From Craspedostauros australis (lineage: Eukaryota), in the NCBI GenBank assembly GCA_030167865.1, contig JALAGF010005857.1, positions 1 to 64,000 on the forward strand: a stretch of 64,000 nucleotides of DNA. Direction: 5' to 3'. Below the pieces are notes generated by a model. It was not told the DNA's origin. It saw only the letters and a program-made list of their open reading frames with translations, and ran no database searches. This document shows positions 44,180 to 58,926 of this stretch, one piece after another. How positions within the stretch are numbered: the first letter of the stretch is position 1; each line of letters starts with the position of its first letter. The translations under genes and the position numbers were made by a program.

Positions 44180-47063
44180 GTTGGTGGAAAGTGTGCGCGT
44201 CTGCTTGATCTTGAGGACGGAGAGAACCGAAACGAAGAGAAGCAAGCGAGATCAACGGACCGACTGATGATGTGTTGAGACTGCAAGTGTAATATGATCG
44301 CGCGTGGCAACAGTTTTAATACGGAGAATAGTATAGTCGTATGATTGGAGCAGGGCCATGCCGCATTGCGGATCGAAAGGATTCTGCCGTTGGTTGGGTT
44401 GGTTGTGCGGTCTGGTGTTTCGTTTCCCGAATGTGCTTCGATTGATTCATGGATACTTTTGAATCAAGCTTTCTTGTTGTGCAATCATGATCCGTTCGAC
44501 CAAACGTGGACATTCTGAAGCCTGCATTGAGTCTATTAGAGAGAGAAACAGACCTCATTGTAGGTACGTGCCATTGCCTCCATTGAAGAGTCTCTCTAAC
44601 TGCCCTCTGTGCCTACACACGCAAGATTGATCTTCACCCCACAACAGTCGCACCTGAAGTCGCATGAATCCGGGTGCATTCAAACACGATAGTACACGCA
44701 ACTAGGAACACGATCATCATCAAACGATGACGCAAACAGCGATGCAGAGATCTGGCCGTGAAGTCTGGCACGCTTGAGAGAGGAGCATGATGGTAGAGAT
44801 CTTCATTCGCCAGATGTGGACGCTGTGTCTGGCGTATGTATCATGGGTACTCGTATGCAGGGGCCTTTATGCACACTCCCAAGTGGAGTCAGCGAGATCG
44901 ATCAATTACGTTGCGGAGGGAGCCTCTTGGGGTAATGCTGGGCACGTCTGGATGAATGGGCTGCCTGGATCCGAGATCTCCATCTGAGAGCCCAAATACA
45001 ACCAGCCATGCCATTCGCACGGCAGATAACCTCGTAGACAAAGTGCTGACGCCACCGATTTGTCAGTCTATCCGTGTGGTATCCACAGCCTCTGTTGTTT
45101 CTATTATCTTTTTGTAGTCCACCCGTCATCGCACTGCTTCAATTGTTCGATTGCGACACTGTGCTTTGCTCTACAGGCATTCTGCTCGTTCGATCCGACA
45201 TCGCCGGAAGCCTCAACGTTGCGAACAGCTATGGCACGACAGACGTCACCATCATCAACCTCAGCCACATCGCTCTCGTACTCGCGGTTGCAGTTACAGT
45301 TGTACACCGCGCTTGTATAGTACTTGTATCGGATGTGAGGGCCGTTGCTTGATGCGATCATTTGGAAATGCGAGTGCGGAGCATGCTGCCATACTACGTA
45401 TGCTCTCTCCGTGGCGGTTTGAAATTAGACAGCCCCAAGGGTTTGGCCTCCGCCGCGTAGTGTTCATCCACGAACCTCAACAATATGCTTTGCGTAGCAT
45501 CATGATCACTTGCACTCTGACATCGGTCTATACTCAAAGGCGCATACCACACCGCCCTCTTCATTATCGCAAGGGAGGAAGAGCAACGCCAAGGTGTGGC
45601 ACGCAAAATGCGACGCTTGGGTCGATGCTGGTGATGATGATGACGCTTTCGTGACAACAACGACGACAACGACGACAGCGATGACGACGATGACAGCAAC
45701 GATGACGATTGCGACGGTGATGACATCAACCGAAAACCACGACTTCGAAACCGAAAGTCTGTTCATGGTTTGAAACTGCGCAGTCATCAGCGAGGCAAGA
45801 GTGCGGCTGCAGAACGAATGTCTGCAAAATGCGTCATCGCTTCAAGGATGTCTTTGGGCGTTTTGTTTTCTGCTCGGCACCCGAAATCTACGTTTGAGAA
45901 TGTCGGGGCATTTCTGCATGCCGTAGTTGGATGATGTATGTCATCCTTGCCTGTTTATTGACCTCATCTTTGGAACGATGTGATTGGTTCATGATCCGGA
46001 CCGAAATTGCGTACGTGGCGAGTGCATCTTGACGTGGGCGCGCACAGTACTTGGTTTACGAACTGCACACGGTTGCGAAAGAAAGGGAAGCGAACAGATG
46101 TGGAATTGCGTAGCTTTCGAGTACGTGTGAACTGCTGCGCTACTACCAACATGAACGCTGTATTCGCAAACAGCATGGGTCAGCGTTGGGGTGTTTTCGG
46201 GTTGTACGAAATACAAGGGACTAAAGTGCTGTCAAAGCGTTAGCAAGAGCGTTGGTTCAGTCTCGCTGCGTGATTTTGTGTTGGGCGTGAGGTCATTTTC
46301 CGCGCGTTCCCCTCTTCTTCCGCGTCACATAAGGAAGTCGAACTTCTGATTGGATGTTCCGGCCCAAACAGACTTTTTGTTTGGTTGACCTTGTGTTGTG
46401 ACCGCAACAAGCGGCCAACGCGTACACGCTAACAGTGGTGACGACACCAACAACAACCACTAGCGCTACGCAGAGCGAAGGTTTTTGATGAAATGACACA
46501 AAGAGAGAGGCCTGTCCGTCTCCTTGTTTCTCGCACCCTTGGCCCACATCAACATCAACGTGAACGTCAACACGAACGTGAATGTGAACGTGAACGAGAG
46601 CAAAGGGAGAGACACCAACACGAAGGACACAAGGGGACAAAAGACAAGAACCGGACAGACATCACACGGCAGTGGTGTCATCTGTGCTGACGACGAGGAT
46701 CGACCACAGCAACAGTTTCCGACGTTGCCACTCACCCACCACTTCAACCTGTGGCTCATCGCCTGCATCCATCCCTTGCATCCATCCCTTGCATGCATCC
46801 ATACAGTCACCACAGTCACCACAACCAGCACAGTCAATACAACCATCACATTGGATAGCCATCCCACAGGAACCCACCTACGAACACAAGTGAGAAGCAA
46901 GTCACAGAGCAGAGCAACTGAGCAGAGCAACTGAGCATCATTCCATCAACAAGAGGAGCAGAAGCAGACGAAGGTTCTGCGTCCAGACCACCGTCCAATC
47001 CCACGATTGCGTGCGAGTACTACCTTCACACAGAGTGCTTCGACAGACAAAGACGCATTCAGC

Positions 47064-50000
47064 ATGTCCACCTATCCGGCAAGGCCCAGAAACGATAACA
47101 GCCACAATCACAATCACAAGCGAGTGCCCTCCAGCAACGGGAGCGATAAGACCGCAGACATGACGCTGGCATCCAACGGCGGCAATCAGCCCAATGGGCA
47201 GGCACAAACCGCGCGGGAGGTTGATCCTCAGCAGAATCGCCTCGCTAGGCAGCGGCACATCAATGTGGTGGAGGATCTCATGGCGTCGATGGATCGCAAG
47301 GACAGCAAAGGCGCCCGAAAGCAGTCCTCCCGCAAGAAGAAAGGGCAGCACCATCCTCATCCTCATCAACACACTGACGACGATGGCGACGATCACATGA
47401 ACGGGATGGACAGGCACAATGGTGGCTCGTCCAACGAATCCGTCACCTCGTCGCAGTGGTCATCGTCGTCGTCGTCGTCGTCGTACGATTCCGACGAGGG
47501 ATCCACCCTAGAATCTTTCGACTTCTCCTCGCTCTATTCCGATTCCGAAATGTACGACCGCGACGGCAGCAGCTCGTACGATTCCTCGTCGCTGTCGGAA
47601 TCCGGATTGGACGACGAAGACGACTCGGAACTGAACGATGCCATGATGGGCGGTGCGCGCGATGTGGAACGGTTGTTGGGACCTCGGCGAAGGCCGCCGG
47701 CGACGAAGCCGACTGCCAAAGTACCACCGCCGCCACCGCCCATCGAAGGTCTCGGCGCGCTCACGCCGGAAGGATTGCCCATTGCGTTTGCCAAATTGAA
47801 GAAGGACCTCGAGAAGGTCGGCCGCACCATCATCTCCTCCAACGTCGGTGGCGTCATCGCGGAGCGTGCTCACATTCTGGCCTCCATCAACTGGCTCTCC
47901 AGCCACGTTCCCAACGCGGTGCTGGATGAATTGGGACATGAAATCCGGACGGTGCTGGAGGACCGCAAGGCCATGTCTGTCATGGACAACGGTCTCAACA
48001 TCATAGAGAATGATGACATGTCGCGCGTCAGCGATCTGTCCGACGATGCCAACAATCACAACGGCGGCGGCGGAAACGCCAACCCGGATGCGCGGGGCCC
48101 TCAGCATCCACGGCAGAGAACGTTGTCCGGAGGTACCATCACATCGGTCAGCGGCGGCAACGGCAGACAGCTATCCGGCTTGAAACGAGCAACCCCGGCC
48201 GTCACGAATGCGTCATCGTTCGCCAGGAACAACAGCACGAGATCCATGTCCCCAAAGAGCAGAGGAGGATCGATCACGCCAGCGTCACGGCGCAGGGTGC
48301 AGATCATGGGCGCGTCGGATACAAGCAGATTGCCAAGCGCGCCGCCTATGGTCATCACGTCGCCGGCCGCCACGAGCCGGTTGCGGCAGAGAAATTCAGA
48401 GGTGTCGCTCTTTTCCATTGATGACACTGCCCAGTATAGCAAGGGCATGGAATCCATGTCGTCGCAGCAGAATTCAACCTCCGTCTTGGGACAATCCAAC
48501 GACGGTTCCCAGTCGACGCGTCGGCGCAACGCCATGCGAGGTCATTTTCAGCGATTCGTCAAACGGCAGAGGGACTCCAAGCGTTTCGCGGAAACATCAT
48601 CGCTGCAGTCCACGTCCAACCACGCCAAGAAACCACCGTCCTTCCACAGGCTCGACGTCCCGATGAACGACACGGGCAGCCTCGACAGCGAGGACGAACG
48701 ATTCTTCTCGCAATCCTCCGTCGTGCCGACCAATCACACGCCGTCCAATCGCAGCAATCGAAAATTGCGCATTCTCGACAACCGGACCGTCTCCATCTGC
48801 GAAATCAACAGCGAAGCCATCGACGATGACGATGACGAGGACTACGACGGGACCAACAACATACTGGAGCGTCGGCGTGCTGCGAGGGAACGATTGCGTG
48901 GATTGCAACTGCCAACGGCCGCGCAGTACCAGTGCGCATTGCTGTTTGTGGATATCAGCGGATTCACGAAATTGTCGCAGGTTTTGGATCCAGAGAGTTT
49001 GTCGAAGGTGAGTCTGAGCATTGACAACGATGGAGGACTGCGGAATACTATACTATGTGTATGGAATGCTGTTCTGTGTTTGTATGCAGCACTGGGCTCT
49101 GTTGGCGTCTGCGAAAGAAGCACTGCATGTGTGCACGACACAAGGGGAAAGTGAAGCAGAAAAGGAGGCAGAAAGAGTATTGAGTAGAGTCCATGGATGG
49201 GTGTATTACGACCTATGTATTTCGCTGTTTCACTGTTTCGAAAGCAAACGTACGCCTGCTGGCTCATGCGCACTCATTCGCTAACTCTCCCTTTCTGCCG
49301 TACATTGTTATTCATTCATTCATTGATTCATGCATTCATGCATTCATTCCACCACAACTCTGCCAATGGAAATACTCACACTTGCACACAGGCCATCAAT
49401 TCCTACTTCCAACTCATCGTGGACGAGGTCATCGCTGGACATGGAGATCTTTTGAAGTTTGCCGGTGACGCCGTCTTCATCGAATGGAAAGCGACGAAGG
49501 ACCTGGACCTGGAGCGTTGCGTGGAAGCCGCGTCCATCTGCGCCGGGAAGATCGTTTCGCGATGTGCTGACTTTTTGGTGTTGTCAAATGGTGCGCACGG
49601 AGGTTCCTCCTGCGTCATCGAAAGCCAGGCAGAGACCATCAGCCAGCTGAATGTGCATTGCGGTATCGGCGCTGGTCAGATGGTGGGCGTGCACGTCGGA
49701 GATCACAAGCTGAGGCGGGAGTACCTGTTGCTCGGCCAGCCGATCCAGCAGGCCACCGTGGCGACGGAATTTGCAGCCATGGGCGAAGTCGCGTTGTCGC
49801 GCGAAGCCGTGGCGCTCCTCACCAAGGTTTGCAAGGTCGATCAGTCCTACGCCGGCATGAGCATCAGCATGACGGGCCCGAGCGTGATCGCCAACAGAAG
49901 CATCACCAATTTCACGCCGAAGGGTCACAACGGAGCATTGCAGCAGCAAAAGACCGTGAACGCATTTTCGAGAGGAGTGACGCGACATGTGGACGGTCTG

Positions 50001-53000
50001 GAGGTTGAAGCGCTCAAGGAATATCGCCGCAAGATGTCCCTGTATGTGCACCCTGTCGTCGTCGGCAATGACGTCGCGGCATCCGACAACTTCAAGGCCA
50101 ACAACACAAAACAATCCGCACAGGAACGTCACAGAGAGGAAGCGGAGCTGCGCAATGTCTACTGCATCTTTGTGTGCCCGAAAATCGATGTGAACGTGAC
50201 GAGGAACGAAAAGAAGAATCGGCAGATGTACAAGATGCTGAACGATATCATGAACCTCGCCTCCAGAGAGGTCGATCGGTACTCGGGGCATCTCCGTCAG
50301 TTCATCGTCGATGATAAAGGTCTGGTGATCATCATCACCTTTGGGCTGCGTGGCACGACGGTACCGGACATGTAAGTGCTGATTTCGCGAATGATACTGC
50401 TGACGATGACGAAGATGTCGTTGGAGATGAAGGGTTGGAGATGTAGGGTTGGATACAACGGTTGTGCAAGGGAATTGTATGTGGGCGTGGGCATGTGTGA
50501 AGATTGTCACGGTCACATACATTATCATCAACCAAATGCTGAGTTGACAAGATGGAGCGCAAGAACACATAACGATGATGTTGCACGTGCAATGCGGTCT
50601 TTGGCGCACAACAGAGTTGCACGTATATACCAGTGCGTACACATGGTGCTGACACATCTTCCAAACTTCCTGCTTCTACTCGAACATCAAATCGCTCCTG
50701 TTCTCGGTCGCCTCTTTTCAGGGTTGCGCAACGCGGCCTCCCGGCGACAATCGCCCTGCACAATGCGCTGCAAATGGAGCTCGGAGTTCAAAGTCGTGTC
50801 GGCGCTACGATCGGTGAAAGCTACTGCGGGGTTGTAGGCGGTGTCAAGCGACACGAGTATGCTGTCCTGGGACCGTCCGTGAACTTGGCAGCTCGTTTGA
50901 TGGCATCCAAAACAAATCCTGGCATTCTGGTTGACAACAAAGTGCGAATGATGGCGAATCGATCCTACGGATTCAACGCGTTGCCGCCAGTAGTGGCGAA
51001 GGGATACAAAGACCCCGTGCCGATTTTTGAACCGCTGAGCCCGCTGGAACGGATGTGGGGGAAGATCCTGCCCAATTTCGTTGGCCGAAGGAGGGAGATC
51101 ATGGGCATCATGTCACTTGCTCGCGACATGCTCCTGAAACAAGCGGAGCCGAGATCGAAAATGGTATTCGTCACAGGAGCCAGCGGCGTGGGAAAGACGA
51201 CCATGGTGACGCATTGCATTGAACATATCCGGAAGCTCCTCGGTGCGAACAAGCATCGATTGCTGGTCACGAAGAACGTCAGCAAGGAAAGCGATGCACT
51301 CGTGCCATTCGGGTAAGTGTACAGTGTGCCATGCTGTGGCGTACCGTAGCCTGCCGTGTCTGCTGTGTTGTTGTGCGGTTGCGCCATGGTGCAGAGTCTC
51401 TTCCGAACACAAGGGGCGATTCAAATGCAATACCATCGAGATCCAGCTTTCCGAGCAACACATACATGCCAAAATGGACAGCTCTACATCAGCCTCACTT
51501 TCTCCTCTGCATCCATTCCATGTCCCAAACTCTTGCTCGTTTCACCCCGTATGACCTACCTTGTGATGACCCTCTTATCAGAATCTTCCATTCGATTTTG
51601 CGGGACGTGCTTGCAGCCGTCACCCTCAGCTCGGATGACAGATCCTACAAATCTGGAGCAACCTTCTTCTCAGCATTCCAGAACTCGATTGGGTGGGAGA
51701 GCCTGTCGGGACATTCAGTATCCCAGGCATCGCTCATCACTTCCTCCAAGGCAGCGGAAATCTTCCACCTGGTTTGCCGCGAGCTGGACATCCAGCAATC
51801 CTTCGTCGACCACGCCATCCACCACATCTTGGGCGAGACTCACATCCGTTCGAAGAACAAGCACAACCAGACACGCCCGCCAACACCGAAGGCTCTCGTT
51901 TCTTTCGTTGCACGCGTGTTCAAACGATGCGTCCAGGATTTCCGCTTGGTCATCCTCGCCGTGGATGACTTGCAGCATGCCGACGAGCTGTCTTGGAGGG
52001 TGATCCGTGAGGTGTACGAGATAACTGACAACGTGCTCATCATCAGCACCATGAATCAAGTTCTGAATGTGATCCCGCGCGTCGAGCCAAACTTTTGGGA
52101 TGCGCTGAAGGTCCAGGAGTCCAACAACGGCCGTTTCATTCCAATGGAACTGGGGTGCTTGAACATGGAGGAGATCGCATCGATGATCATGAAGACCCTG
52201 GGGCTCCAGCGAGACGATGTCAATGTCGACTTTCTGTCCGGCATCACAATCCAATCTGGTGGCATGCCGCATTTCGTTAACGAGATTTTGGAATACATGA
52301 AGCGCCTCACAGCGATGGATGCCGATGTGGAAATCAGTGATGTAAGTCTTGCTACGAGCAGAGTGGCACATGTTGCGATTTGCCGTTGGCCGTTCTTTTG
52401 TGCGGTCTTGTGCGTTGTGGTCTGTGGCCCTGTGATTCATGATGTTGCTTCTTGACTGTGCTTTTTCTGCCATGCCTTGACTCACGGTACGGTAAGCAAC
52501 GGTACCATGCAACATATTTTACCGCATACATACATGCATACTCATGATTCCAACACCATCTATCCGTCCATTTCCATACGCACGCAATGATGTAATTGTG
52601 CTCCATTGAACGCTAACGACAACACTTGTGATGCGCAGATCACGTACGATTCATTTGGAGACCTCGTGCTGCAACGGTTGGATTCGTTTGACTTGAACAC
52701 CAGGGACGTGCTGAACATCGGCGCGGTGCTGGGGCAATCATTCAACTCTGAGGAGGTCATCGATGTTCAAAACCGTTCCAGCGACGCGACCCGAGCAACA
52801 GTGACTGCATCGGCGAGCAAGTCGTTTGACATCGCTGTGCGTGAAGGCATCCTGCAGAGGGCTGAAAGCGACGACCAACCCAGATCGGACCATCGCCGGG
52901 AGTATTCGTTCGTCCACGCGGTGTGGAGGACAGCCATCCTCAACTTGATGCTTGAGGGGCGAAAGCGCGACCTGCACGCAGCAATCGCGCAGATGCAAGA

Positions 53001-53743
53001 GGCGAAGGGCATCGAACTTGACGACTACATGTTCCAAATGAAGCTGTTCAGCCATTGGAAGGCCAGCGAGAACTTTGCGAAATCTGCCGAATTGGCATTG
53101 CAGGTCGGCAAGCACTTCGAAGAGAAGCTGGGATTGCCAATCCAGTCGATCCGCCTTTACAACGAATCGCTGGACATGGTCCGTGACGGGACGGATACGG
53201 CTGTGGGAATTTCAGGTGAGTTGGCAATAGTGGTGTTGGTGTCGGCGCTGGCATTGAATTTGCATCTAGTTTGTCGGAAGTTTGGCACCATCTCAACATT
53301 CATCTGTTTGGCTCTAACACAACAATGCTCTGCAATTCTACTGCTGCTGTCTATCTGTGTCTCCTATTCTGCTCTTTCCTTGTTCCGGCTGGGCATCCAT
53401 GACACAACCAAAAATGTGAATACTCTGTGCTCACTCTACTCCGCATTTCTGCGCCAATCTTCGACGATGCAGGTTTCACGTCCAAGACACTGCGTGCAGC
53501 GTCGAGGATCGACCTCATGTCCATCATTCGATTGCAAGTTGCTCTGGGTCAAGCTCTGAACATGGCTCAGCAGATGACGGACAGCGTGACTGCATACCAG
53601 GACGCACTTCGAGTAAGTCTGAAAATCACACGCATGACACGCATGATGACGTGATCACTCTGGCATGCTCTCCTCGCAGCAGCACTTCAGCATGCCGATC
53701 GATTGATCGATTGAATATCTTCAACCTCGTTGAAGTGAGCTTG

Positions 53744-53789
<46 letters not shown>

Positions 53790-54934
53790 TAGAGTGTGTG
53801 ATGCGTGATGATCGGCAACAGCTATCGCGATTTGACGTGAAACTCTTCATTTGTTGGCAACTAACCCGTCGATGGCACTCCATCCCTCCTTTGTTCTGTA
53901 CTGTCATACAATCAATTGCCTTGTCTTTGTATTGTGAACTTCCACAGATTCTACAAGCCGCCAAGGCATCAGCCGAGCTCGAGAATCGCTCTATCCTCTT
54001 CCCCGTCTTCGTCGGTCTCTCCCTCGCTCTGAAGCGCGGGCACATCATCCAAGACGCCGAGTGCCGCTACGAGCAGGCGATGATCCGCCGGTACGTGCAG
54101 GAAACACAGAGGCATGGCGATCCCGTCTTCACCATCCATGCCATCTCGTTGCAAACGGAAATGTACAGCCGGCTGGGCAACTTCACGCAAGCGCTGGAAT
54201 GCCACAAGCGTTTGGCTGCTGTGTACAATGCTGACAGGCACTCCGCGAAGCTGTGCGACGAGTTTGGCAGCGACATCGGTGCCCTGAGCTACTCGCTGAG
54301 GACGCTGTGGAGCATCCAGGTGGGCCGTCCGGACGAGGCATTGGGAACGTGCTGGTTCATCATCGAGGAGCTCATGCCTAGGATCGAAGGAGAGCACGTG
54401 CACACGCTGTTCATGACCATCTTCCCCGCGCTGTGGGTGATGAAGGAGAATGGATTCGCCCTGGAGGTGCGCGAGTACTTCGAGGAGTTCGTGTGCGAGC
54501 CGTACGAGAAGTACTACGGTGAGGGGCGGTCGACCTTCTTCCTCCCGATGTACGACCCGATCATGATGCTGCTGGACCTGTCGGGCAAGGCGGACGTCGA
54601 CCAGATGATGGTGGAGGAGTACCTCGAGTGGGCCCTCGACGTCGACAACCTCGGCTTCGGCACGCTGCTGAACGCCAAGACGGGCGAGCTGGGTCGCACC
54701 GCCGACTCCATCGCCGGCGAGATCTGCTACCTGCTGGCCCAGCACGTGGAAGACGAGGATGATCGCAACATCCTGCTGCAGAACGCCATCGACGTGATCC
54801 AGGAGGACATCGAGTTCACGAAGAAGCACAAGCTCATCCTGGCGCAGCTGTACTCGGAGAAGCTCCTGACCAGCCTCGAGCACTTCGACGACGAGGATCA
54901 AGCGAGCCTGTCGTCTGACGAATTCGTGTTCTAA
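47064..54934 (+). CDS. Soluble adenylate cyclase (ADCY10-like): two class III cyclase domains + STAND P-loop + helical C-terminus; exons 47064-49007, 49392-50371, 50722-51312, 51582-52341, 52639-53215, 53473-53612, 53948-54934
   Basis: Motifs LFVDISGFTKL, KFAGDA, RREYLLLG, QFIVDDKG, CGVVGGVKRHEYAVLGPSVNLAARLM, FVGRRRE, GASGVGKT, VDDLQHAD and GMPHF. All six introns are GT-AG and phase-compatible. Confidence 0.9.
53747..53776 (+). repeat. (AG)n microsatellite in the last intron of the adenylate cyclase gene
   Basis: Uninterrupted AG run of about 30 bp. Confidence 0.9.
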
Positions 54935-56730
54935 CATGAGAATGTTGGTGCAGCGAATGTGGCGGGGCGCGCCAATGTGTGTGGTATGGTATGGTATGTA
55001 ACACAACGCAGAGTGGCGCAATTCCTCGACATGTGACGAAAGGAAGTGACTCGTAATGTACAGATGGGATGGAACATATTATATTATACTATACATGCAG
55101 TTGTACCATCCGTAATTGTTATTATATGTGGGTAATCATCAAGTTTGGCCTTTGCTATAGTAAGTATGAATGGTAGTCCTCGTTGCAGATTGAGCCCAGT
55201 ATAGATGGGTACGGCTATGATATGTTACACCACCCACAGACATCGAAGTTAGGAGACCATCATCTGTATCATACGCACGTGCCCCTGGGCGATATCTTTC
55301 GAACCCCAGTCTACGTGCACAGTGTAGGTAGAAACAAAGCGGTGTTTGCGACAAGGTCAGCGCTTCTTCACGAGTACAATGAAGAATTCACATTGAAGAG
55401 GTCTTGTGCGTTTTCATTGGTCGAGAAGTTCAAAGAAACAACGCGTGAACTATTACCACTAACACGACAACGCAAGACGCCGACGTGTGATTCGGGCAAG
55501 AAGTCTCCGTTGTGTGTTGATAGCTACAAGTAGTCCAGTGTACTGGCTTGTTGTTTTTCGAAGGATAGTCCTCGTGAAGAATAAACGTTCCACGCCATAA
55601 GTACACGCTCGAGTCATGTGTCTCGTTCTCTTGTTTTGTAACACAGAGGTGGCCAAGTGGTGTTCGTAGGCGGGTTTGACTCATTTGACCAAGAAATGAC
55701 AGAGATGTGCTTCACACATGTTCGTTGTTGGGTTGATGATAGTTTCCAAGAAGGGAACCCTTCGTTTGTATCGCGTTCACTATTGCTTCAATACCGCTTG
55801 TTAAACACGCTCGGTTGGGCAAAACTGCATGGTTTGTTATGGTGCCGTCGTGGCCATGACGAGCACAACGAGAATGGTGTGGCCATCACAGGTGTCAATG
55901 TCGAAAAGCGGACGAGTTGACGTCGACGACAGCAACGACAAAATTGCCAAATGACGCTGTTCGTGCTAGTGCGTGTGTGGAACAGAGAGTACTGAATGTA
56001 CGTCCGAGCGTGGTACGTACGGTGAGATGCAGTACAGAGACAGCGCGGATAGCCAGAATCAGTAGAGTATCGGCGTTGTGGTTCGCACAGAAGCCACAAC
56101 ACCAACAAGGAGGCACAAGAAGAATCCAGCCCTTCCCCCTCTCACTCACAACCGCAACAACAGCGGCAAACGCGACACAGCACAGACCCGACGACAACTG
56201 CGAAAACTGAGAGTGACAGCGAGCATTCCCCCAACCAGCGAGGACAACAACGAGCATCAGCGAGAATTCTTGTAGTTACTCGTCGTTCGTGGAGCGAAAA
56301 CACTGGAAACACAGACTCAAACGCAACCACGAGCAAACTTCGCTGAGACGCACCGACGCACGAACACACGCCAACATCCATCTTCAGACAAGACCACAGA
56401 GGGCGGAACTTCATACTTCCACATTACTCACATTACCCACATTACCCACAGTATCACAACACCACACCACGTAGCCATAGAGACCATCACAGTATATTAT
56501 TCTATATAATACTCCATACAGTCCCATTCCGCACCCATCCAGCCACCCAAAGAGCCGTCCGAGAAGACGCAAGCAACAATTGAACTCAGAAAAGGAGCAC
56601 AGCAACCGTGGATCATTCATCAGCACCTTGTCCTTCGTCGCCAACTGCGTTGCCTTTCCGTCAACGTGCACTCCAGAGAGACAGCTCCGTGAGAACAGCA
56701 GCATCAGCAAGACAAGACAAGCCCGAGACC

Positions 56731-58050
56731 ATGACGAAACGCGCGGAACTGGATCCCGAAGCCAAACGGGAGCGCAGAAGGGCCGCCAACCGCAGATCGG
56801 CGCGCAAAACTCGCTACCGAGAGAATGTTATGCTGGAGGAACTGCAACGCAAGTCCATGGAGCTGTCCTCCGAGAACGCCAACTTGCAATCGGAGAACGA
56901 TGCCATGCGGGAGCTCATCGCCTCCATCACGCGATTGATGAAGGAGATCAAGGAGGAGGAGGAAGAAGAAGAACAGGAGGGGAGAGAAGCGGGAACAACG
57001 ACCATGGCGACGGCCAGCGCAGCTCCCACAGAAACACTCCAAAAGGTACGCAAGACGCGGGCATCGATTCCGGCTGATTCAGTGACAGACACGCCGCGGC
57101 TGGGAGGGGAAGCGACGTTCAAACTGCCGGTTCCTTGAACTTCCTAGTGCTTGTGTGGGCGTGGGCGTTGCACGAACTGATACGGAGAGTGGGAATATCG
57201 TCTCCGCATCCTTCACATGAGCTACAACTACACGAACTTTACCATGCTGGAGAGCGTGGCGCTTTGGACGTGTTCGTGTTTTCCCGCACATGGATGTATG
57301 GTACAAATACACACGAAGGGAATCGTCACCAAGATGATGACGTTGTCTGTCCTCTGTCATTCCTGATTCTCCCGTCTGGATGTATGCTACACACCCAATT
57401 GGTATGTCCAATTGTTGCACCCATTGCTACAGCTCTCCTTCTCACTCACAATCATCACTTGCACCTGCGTCTCTCCAAACCCCATCGCATCACTATACCA
57501 ACACGATGGTTCATCATCATAAAACGTCCCACAGCAACAACCCATGACAGCCAAGGCGATGGCGCTCGGCACAACGACGCCGTCCTCTCCACCCGCATCA
57601 GCGCGAAGGAATTCCATGGAGCAAACTCTGCAGCAACATGCCATGCCAGCCTCAGACGTGCTGCCCCAGTATGAACAGCATATGAATGCACTCGCCCTGA
57701 CAAATCAGCAGCAGCAACAGAGTCAGCAACAACAACAGCACGACTTCCAGAATTCGCGCATCACGCCAGCATCGACTGACCACACAGCGGCGATCGGCGC
57801 GCCGCAACCTCAGATGGGTAACGCATTCATGTCCACGGTACAAGCGCTGTTGCAGACAAATCAAGGCGCACCTGCCAACAATCCCTCAGGCAGCAACGCC
57901 ATGTTGCAGGCGTACCAAATCATGCTGGCCACGCAACAGATGGCAGACCCGATGCTGTCGAATGCCTTGGTTGGCCAAGCTGCCCTGCAATTCTCCCAAC
58001 AGCAGCCGCAGCAACAACAACCAAACCAGGACCAACGCAGGATGGAATGA
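56731..58050 (+). CDS. bZIP transcription factor with Gln-rich C-terminus; exons 56731-57045 and 57535-58050
   Basis: Basic region KRERRRAANRRSARKTRYRE followed by heptad leucines. The GTACGC..ACAG intron joins in frame to the poly-Q exon. Confidence 0.88.
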
Positions 58051-58926
58051 GATCTCTCTCTTTCTGTCTATAGAGAGACACGTGAAGATGCCTCCAACGC
58101 TCCCCTTCACTCTCCGAGTTTGGTGCATGGACGGTTCTCATCGAACACAAGACCCCCAGCCACTACCCATTTTTCCATCAACTTGGGGTTGTCCCGTTTT
58201 CGTCCATCATCAATTCTCACCCATGATGAACCAACAGGAAGATCAGAGCCTGGCCCCGCAGCACAGCGATGAGCGCGCAAGTGGCGCAAACCAGATGCTG
58301 GGCCAACGATGCTGGGCCGGGTCAATCCCCATTCCCCGTACATACTCACACCATACATTCCATGAGCGTCTATCATCCCGCTCAGCATTGTTTACTCGTG
58401 CCCAATTATGCACAACCTTACCACGAGCACTGCTCCGTTTAATTCACTGTTACATGATCATCCACTAGACTACATTTTGTATCGTAATCATTATAGTAAT
58501 ATATGGTACGCTCCCATACCATACACACCCCGCACATTTGTTGGGTTGGACATCAGGTCTTCTTACATCGTGATTCCATTCATCAACGTCTCTTGATGCA
58601 TTTCCACGGTCCTGGTCGCGCTGGGGTCGCATTTCGTCAGCTCTGCCACAAACTGCAGAAATCTGAAATTAGACACCGTATTCGACCAGTTCGATCGCAT
58701 GGGGATATCTTGACGAAGAACGGAACGGGATCGAATCCTGGCGAAGACAACCACAAACAAGTCACGAAACTCAACAACGATGACAAGGAGCGACCACTCC
58801 ACACAACACGCTGGCGCCAACGCACAACCACAATCTCCACCCAAACCACAACCACAACCACAACCACAATCACAACCACAAGACAACAATCTCCACCCAG
58901 ACAACAACCACAAGACAACAATCACC

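Noticed and set aside
44300..46950. Short ORFs in the long intergenic region upstream of the adenylate cyclase
   Set aside because: Low-complexity (GAC/GAT, GTGAAC runs) with no recognisable domains or coding-like composition.
53969..55021. 350-aa minus-strand ORF
   Set aside because: Antisense shadow of the last adenylate cyclase exon.
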